A stretch of DNA of 58,811 bases from NCBI GenBank assembly GCA_003558235.1, contig PWMI01000095.1, forward strand, positions 1-58,811, given 5' to 3'. The notes under the pieces are model-generated. The model was not told where the DNA came from. It saw only the letters and a program-made list of their open reading frames with translations, and made no database searches. The translations under genes and the position numbers were made by a program. The stretch comes from Candidatus Iainarchaeum sp. (GTDB lineage: Archaea; B1Sed10-29). Numbering within the stretch: position 1 is the first letter of the stretch; every line of letters starts with the position of its first letter. Positions 55,872 to 58,811 of this stretch are shown piece by piece.

Positions 55872-56850
55872 CTCCGTAGGTATCTTCCATCACTTCACAG
55901 CCCTTACAGGTGAAGTCCGTTGCTCCCCCACCCTTCGCGTATTTTTTGTGGAGCTTCGCGGTCACTAGGGCTGCCACTATCGCTGCTGCGAAAGCCACGA
56001 GGGTTAGGCCTATATTCTCCATCAGAGTGTGGTCTACTATCAGTATTGAACCAAGCATGAGCATTATGTATCCACCTATCAATGTTAGGACCCTTCCTTT
56101 TTCCTTCTCTAGATCTATGGACTTCATCCTCCACACCGCTGTTAAGTATATGGCTAGTTCTACTGAGAGGTATACGAGAACATATATCACTAGTAGAGTG
56201 ACGTAAACCATCATCGCCAGTTGCCTCTGTGCCACGATGTGTGACCATACTATTGGGAATCCCGCGGTGCAGGGGAGCTCAACTAGCGCTATTCCAGCAG
56301 CCATCACGGCGGTTGCACCCATCACGATCAATGGATTATCTCTGTCCATGAGTCCCCTTACTTTTTTGAATACTCCTGGCTTGTACTTGCTCGGTAAAGA
56401 TATGGAAGGTCCCTTCCCGTGCCAGAAAAAGTCTTTTATATTTACCGCTGCAAACGTTATCGCTACTCCAGCCACCACTAAACGTATCCAGAACAAGTGA
56501 GCTACGTATTGAAATACACTCAGCGCTCCGGCTATGAATAACCCGTAGATGGTGGCGGTTACGATTAAGAACGTTAAACCAACGAGTAAGAGCTTCTTTC
56601 TTCCTGCGAAGATAACTACTCCTATTAGGAATGTCAAAACCCAGAGGGAACAGGGGTTAAATCCATCTATGAATGCTATTACCAGTGTAAGGACTAATAA
56701 GGAACTGTCTGCTCTTACCTCGCCGAATATGGGGATTTCATGAGTAGTTTCCCCCTCCGTGTTCACTCCATCTCCATATGCGATGGCTACACCTGAAAGT
56801 AGAAGGAAGGTCACCAAAAACGCTATTAATAGATTCTTCTTCGCAAACAT
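55846..56850 (-). CDS. DsbD/CcdA-like thiol-disulfide transporter membrane protein with a cytoplasmic CxxC tail
   Basis: Polytopic, with membrane-embedded Cys motifs FNPCSLW and ELPCTAGFP reminiscent of the DsbD_2/CcdA families. C-terminal tail has CKGC. Confidence 0.55.
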   Translation of the reverse strand: MFAKKNLLIAFLVTFLLLSGVAIAYGDGVNTEGETTHEIPIFGEVRADSSLLVLTLVIAFIDGFNPCSLWVLTFLIGVVIFAGRKKLLLVGLTFLIVTATIYGLFIAGALSVFQYVAHLFWIRLVVAGVAITFAAVNIKDFFWHGKGPSISLPSKYKPGVFKKVRGLMDRDNPLIVMGATAVMAAGIALVELPCTAGFPIVWSHIVAQRQLAMMVYVTLLVIYVLVYLSVELAIYLTAVWRMKSIDLEKEKGRVLTLIGGYIMLMLGSILIVDHTLMENIGLTLVAFAAAIVAALVTAKLHKKYAKGGGATDFTCKGCEVMEDTYGDDEDEEKK

Positions 56851-56959
56851 CTTGTTCTCCTCATCGTCACTAAATATTGTATGCTGTAACTACTTAAAAA
56901 CATTAGTTTCAATAGGCGAAACAAGAAACATTACATATCTTCCCATAGTAAGAATTAAC

Positions 56960-57493
56960 CTAATCCTTTTGATCCAGGTATAGATCTGAGAATGGCTCCT
57001 TGAGAACTATGAGGTTACTCATTCCAACCTTCTTCTTTTCGACTATCCCTTTATCCACAAGTCCAGATATTCTTCTTGAAACCTTGGCTTTGTTGAATCC
57101 TGTTTCTTCAACTATATTGTTCTGATGTTCTTTTCCACCCTTCTCTATTAGAATCTCAACTATTTTTCTTTCGGAGGATGGTAGTAAATTAAGTGTCGCA
57201 TTCACATTCTCTTCTATATCTCTCTTTTCTCTCTTGAAGGAGCCTATTAGGAAGTAGTATATCAACATTCCTACCATTATACCAGTTGCTGATAGGAGTG
57301 TAAGGATCCATGTGAGTGAGACGCTGCAGTCGCAGTAAGGTCCACTAAAAAGATTGAAGGAGAAGCTGAATAGGAACGATACTAGTGTCACGTAAACTAC
57401 CAGTATAGCCACCACCATCAGGAATCGAGTTAAAAACTTTTTTTCGTATCCCTCTGCTTCGTGACCCATACCTAATTCAACTCTCTTTTTCAC
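56960..57493 (-). CDS. Membrane-anchored winged-helix (MarR/TrmB-like) transcriptional regulator
   Basis: 2-3 N-terminal TM segments, followed by SERKIVEILIEKGGKEHQNNIVEETGFNKAKVSRRISGLVDKGIVEKK, a wHTH pattern. Confidence 0.6.
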   Translation of the reverse strand: MKKRVELGMGHEAEGYEKKFLTRFLMVVAILVVYVTLVSFLFSFSFNLFSGPYCDCSVSLTWILTLLSATGIMVGMLIYYFLIGSFKREKRDIEENVNATLNLLPSSERKIVEILIEKGGKEHQNNIVEETGFNKAKVSRRISGLVDKGIVEKKKVGMSNLIVLKEPFSDLYLDQKD

Positions 57494-57569
57494 GTAAAAG
57501 TGTTCTAAAATGAAAAACTTTGGAAAAATTAATTGATTTAATCGACTTTACCTTTAGCCTATGTGAACC

Positions 57570-57779
57570 TTAAAGTTTGGTTACGTTAATAGCTTTTGGT
57601 CCTTTGTCGCCTTGTTCTAATTCGAATTCAACAGAATCGCCTTCTCCTACGTCTACGCCTTCTTCTAAAGCGCTTATGTGGAAGAAAAGATCCTCGCCTC
57701 CGTCATCGGGAGTTATGAATCCGTACTTCTTCCTGTTGTGGAAGAACTTAACAGTTCCTTGCAAAATATACACCTCCAT
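57570..57779 (-). CDS. Cold-shock domain protein (CspA family)
   Basis: GTVKFFHNRKKYGFITPDDGGEDLFFHISAL contains RNP1/RNP2-like motifs. GGAGGTG followed by TTG at 57764 suggests the real start is that TTG, giving MQGTVKFF. Confidence 0.88.
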   Translation of the reverse strand: MEVYILQGTVKFFHNRKKYGFITPDDGGEDLFFHISALEEGVDVGEGDSVEFELEQGDKGPKAINVTKL

Positions 57780-57808
57780 TGCTACTACATACCTTTATCC
57801 TTGCCTGC

Positions 57809-57816
57809 TTTATAAA
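57809..57816 (-). promoter_or_regulatory. Candidate TATA box for the cold-shock gene
   Basis: TTTATAAA lies 45 nt upstream of the TTG start and 30 nt upstream of the annotated ATG. Confidence 0.4.
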
Positions 57817-57831
57817 CATGAAGCAATTGAG

Positions 57832-58347
57832 TTAAAATTCTTTTTCTATTTTTTTCTCTAGCGCTCGAGCTATTTTTTTTCCTATTTTTCTCTTTATTTC
57901 TCTTTCTTCTTTTTTGTTTCTCGCGAGGCTTCTTGTGATGGTTTCAGTCATTTGTTTGATGTCTCTAGTGTGTGGTTTCATCATTCTTGTTTTTTCTAAT
58001 CCTTTTCTTGTTACTCTTGATAATCCAAAGTCTATCAGTGTCAAGTGAGGGTTTCCCTTTTTTCCTTGTTCTACTAGAAGGTTTTCGTGTGCTATGTCCA
58101 TGTGTTCAACTCCTTTTTTTATTAATTCTTTGAGTATCTCTGCAGATTGATCTATAACCTCTTTCTCGTGTTTTCTTAACCATTCTTTTTTCTTAGGATC
58201 CATGTGGCGTCCTAAGCCCTCTGCTTTAGGTATCCATTCTTCTACTATTCTTTCTTTTTTCCTTTTTTCCTGTGGTAATTTACCCTTAATTTGCACGAAG
58301 TGGCTTTTTTCCCCTTTTTCAAGATTAAGCATAGCTGTCTGAGCCAC
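57832..58347 (-). CDS. Protein-kinase-like protein (C-lobe motifs only; atypical or truncated)
   Basis: HMDIAHENLLV (HxN catalytic loop) and LIDFGLS (DFG). No glycine loop is seen. The ORF starts at GTG, and the frame stays open upstream without an ATG. Confidence 0.4.
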   Translation of the reverse strand: MAQTAMLNLEKGEKSHFVQIKGKLPQEKRKKERIVEEWIPKAEGLGRHMDPKKKEWLRKHEKEVIDQSAEILKELIKKGVEHMDIAHENLLVEQGKKGNPHLTLIDFGLSRVTRKGLEKTRMMKPHTRDIKQMTETITRSLARNKKEEREIKRKIGKKIARALEKKIEKEF

Positions 58348-58694
58348 TACTCCTTCTTTCGTTATGAACTCTTTTACATTGGTCGGTAATTCCTTCTTTT
58401 TTTCTCTTTTTCTATTCTTTTTTTCATTGCTTCCTTAACCGTATTGGCCTCTAATCTCTTTTTACTTAACCTTTCTTTTCTTCTTCTCTGCAATAGACTA
58501 CCCACCATCATCACCATATATAGATATGGAAATGCTACTTAAAAAGGTTTGCAATAATTATTTTAGGCACTACATTGAACTCCAACGAAAAGAATTAATG
58601 TAAGATAAGTTTAAAGTCCAATGAGCATACTCAATGACAATATGATATACGTAACGCGATTTTATCTGAACCAGTGATAAGGAGGCATTGAAAC

Positions 58695-58811
58695 ATGTCA
58701 AAAGGACTCACCACTCAGGAAGCCGAAGAGAAGTTAGAAGAACTAGGTAGAAACGAACTTGAGGAAACAAATAAAACAACTCGCCTGGATGTTCTAAAAA
58801 GACAGTTAAAA
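58695..58811 (+). CDS. P-type cation-transporting ATPase, N-terminal fragment (continues beyond the window)
   Basis: MSKGLTTQEAEEKLEELGRNELEE matches the Cation_ATPase_N pattern. AAGGAGG RBS lies upstream. Confidence 0.7.
   Translation, partial: MSKGLTTQEAEEKLEELGRNELEETNKTTRLDVLKRQLK

Overview
This window is an archaeal chromosome segment. It has low-to-moderate GC, strongly purine-loaded coding strands and GGAGGTG-type Shine-Dalgarno sites. The lineage cannot be determined from this window; a small-genome, DPANN-like or euryarchaeal origin is inference only.

From about 0.06 to 51.6 kb nearly every gene lies on the minus strand. Together they form the concatenated archaeal information-processing clusters:
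- eS1-uS15, then the KEOPS genes kae1 and bud32
- eS31-eS24-Spt4-Rpo7, aIF2gamma-eS6-aIF5B, eL24-eS28-L7Ae
- GluRS, uS2-enolase, Rpo10-uS9-uL13-eL18-Rpo3-uS11-uS4-uS13
- Cbf5-cmk-DUF106-adk-SecY
- the full uL15 to uL3 ribosomal protein operon
- uS10-aEF1A-aEF2-uS7-uS12-NusA-eL30-RpoA''-RpoA'-RpoB'-RpoB''-RpoH

Seven tRNA genes sit at operon junctions. Three small ribosomal genes missed by the 60-aa ORF track were found by hand: eS31, eL24 and uS14.

After 51.6 kb the polarity switches to a plus-strand trio: an FMN glutamate-synthase-like protein, Taw1/TYW1 and a THUMP-less ThiI-like PP-loop protein. A minus-strand accessory stretch follows, holding a thiol-disulfide relay, a membrane-tethered wHTH protein, a cold-shock protein and a kinase-like remnant. 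A partial P-type ATPase gene starts at the right edge.

No CRISPR array, rRNA gene or obvious mobile element was seen.

Main second-look items:
- Five of the seven tRNA genes are interrupted. Three carry related introns in the T-loop and one carries an intron in the anticodon stem.
- uS14 is out of frame because of one extra base.
- uS4 carries a C-terminal C2H2 zinc finger.
- A near-identical Lys/Glu tail module is shared at the DNA level by eS6 and L7Ae.
- A small acidic protein ends in a ribosomal-stalk-like tail.
- A DUF429 RNase-H-fold gene is wedged between kae1 and bud32.

Most long plus-strand ORFs in the track are antisense artefacts of the pyrimidine-rich strand.
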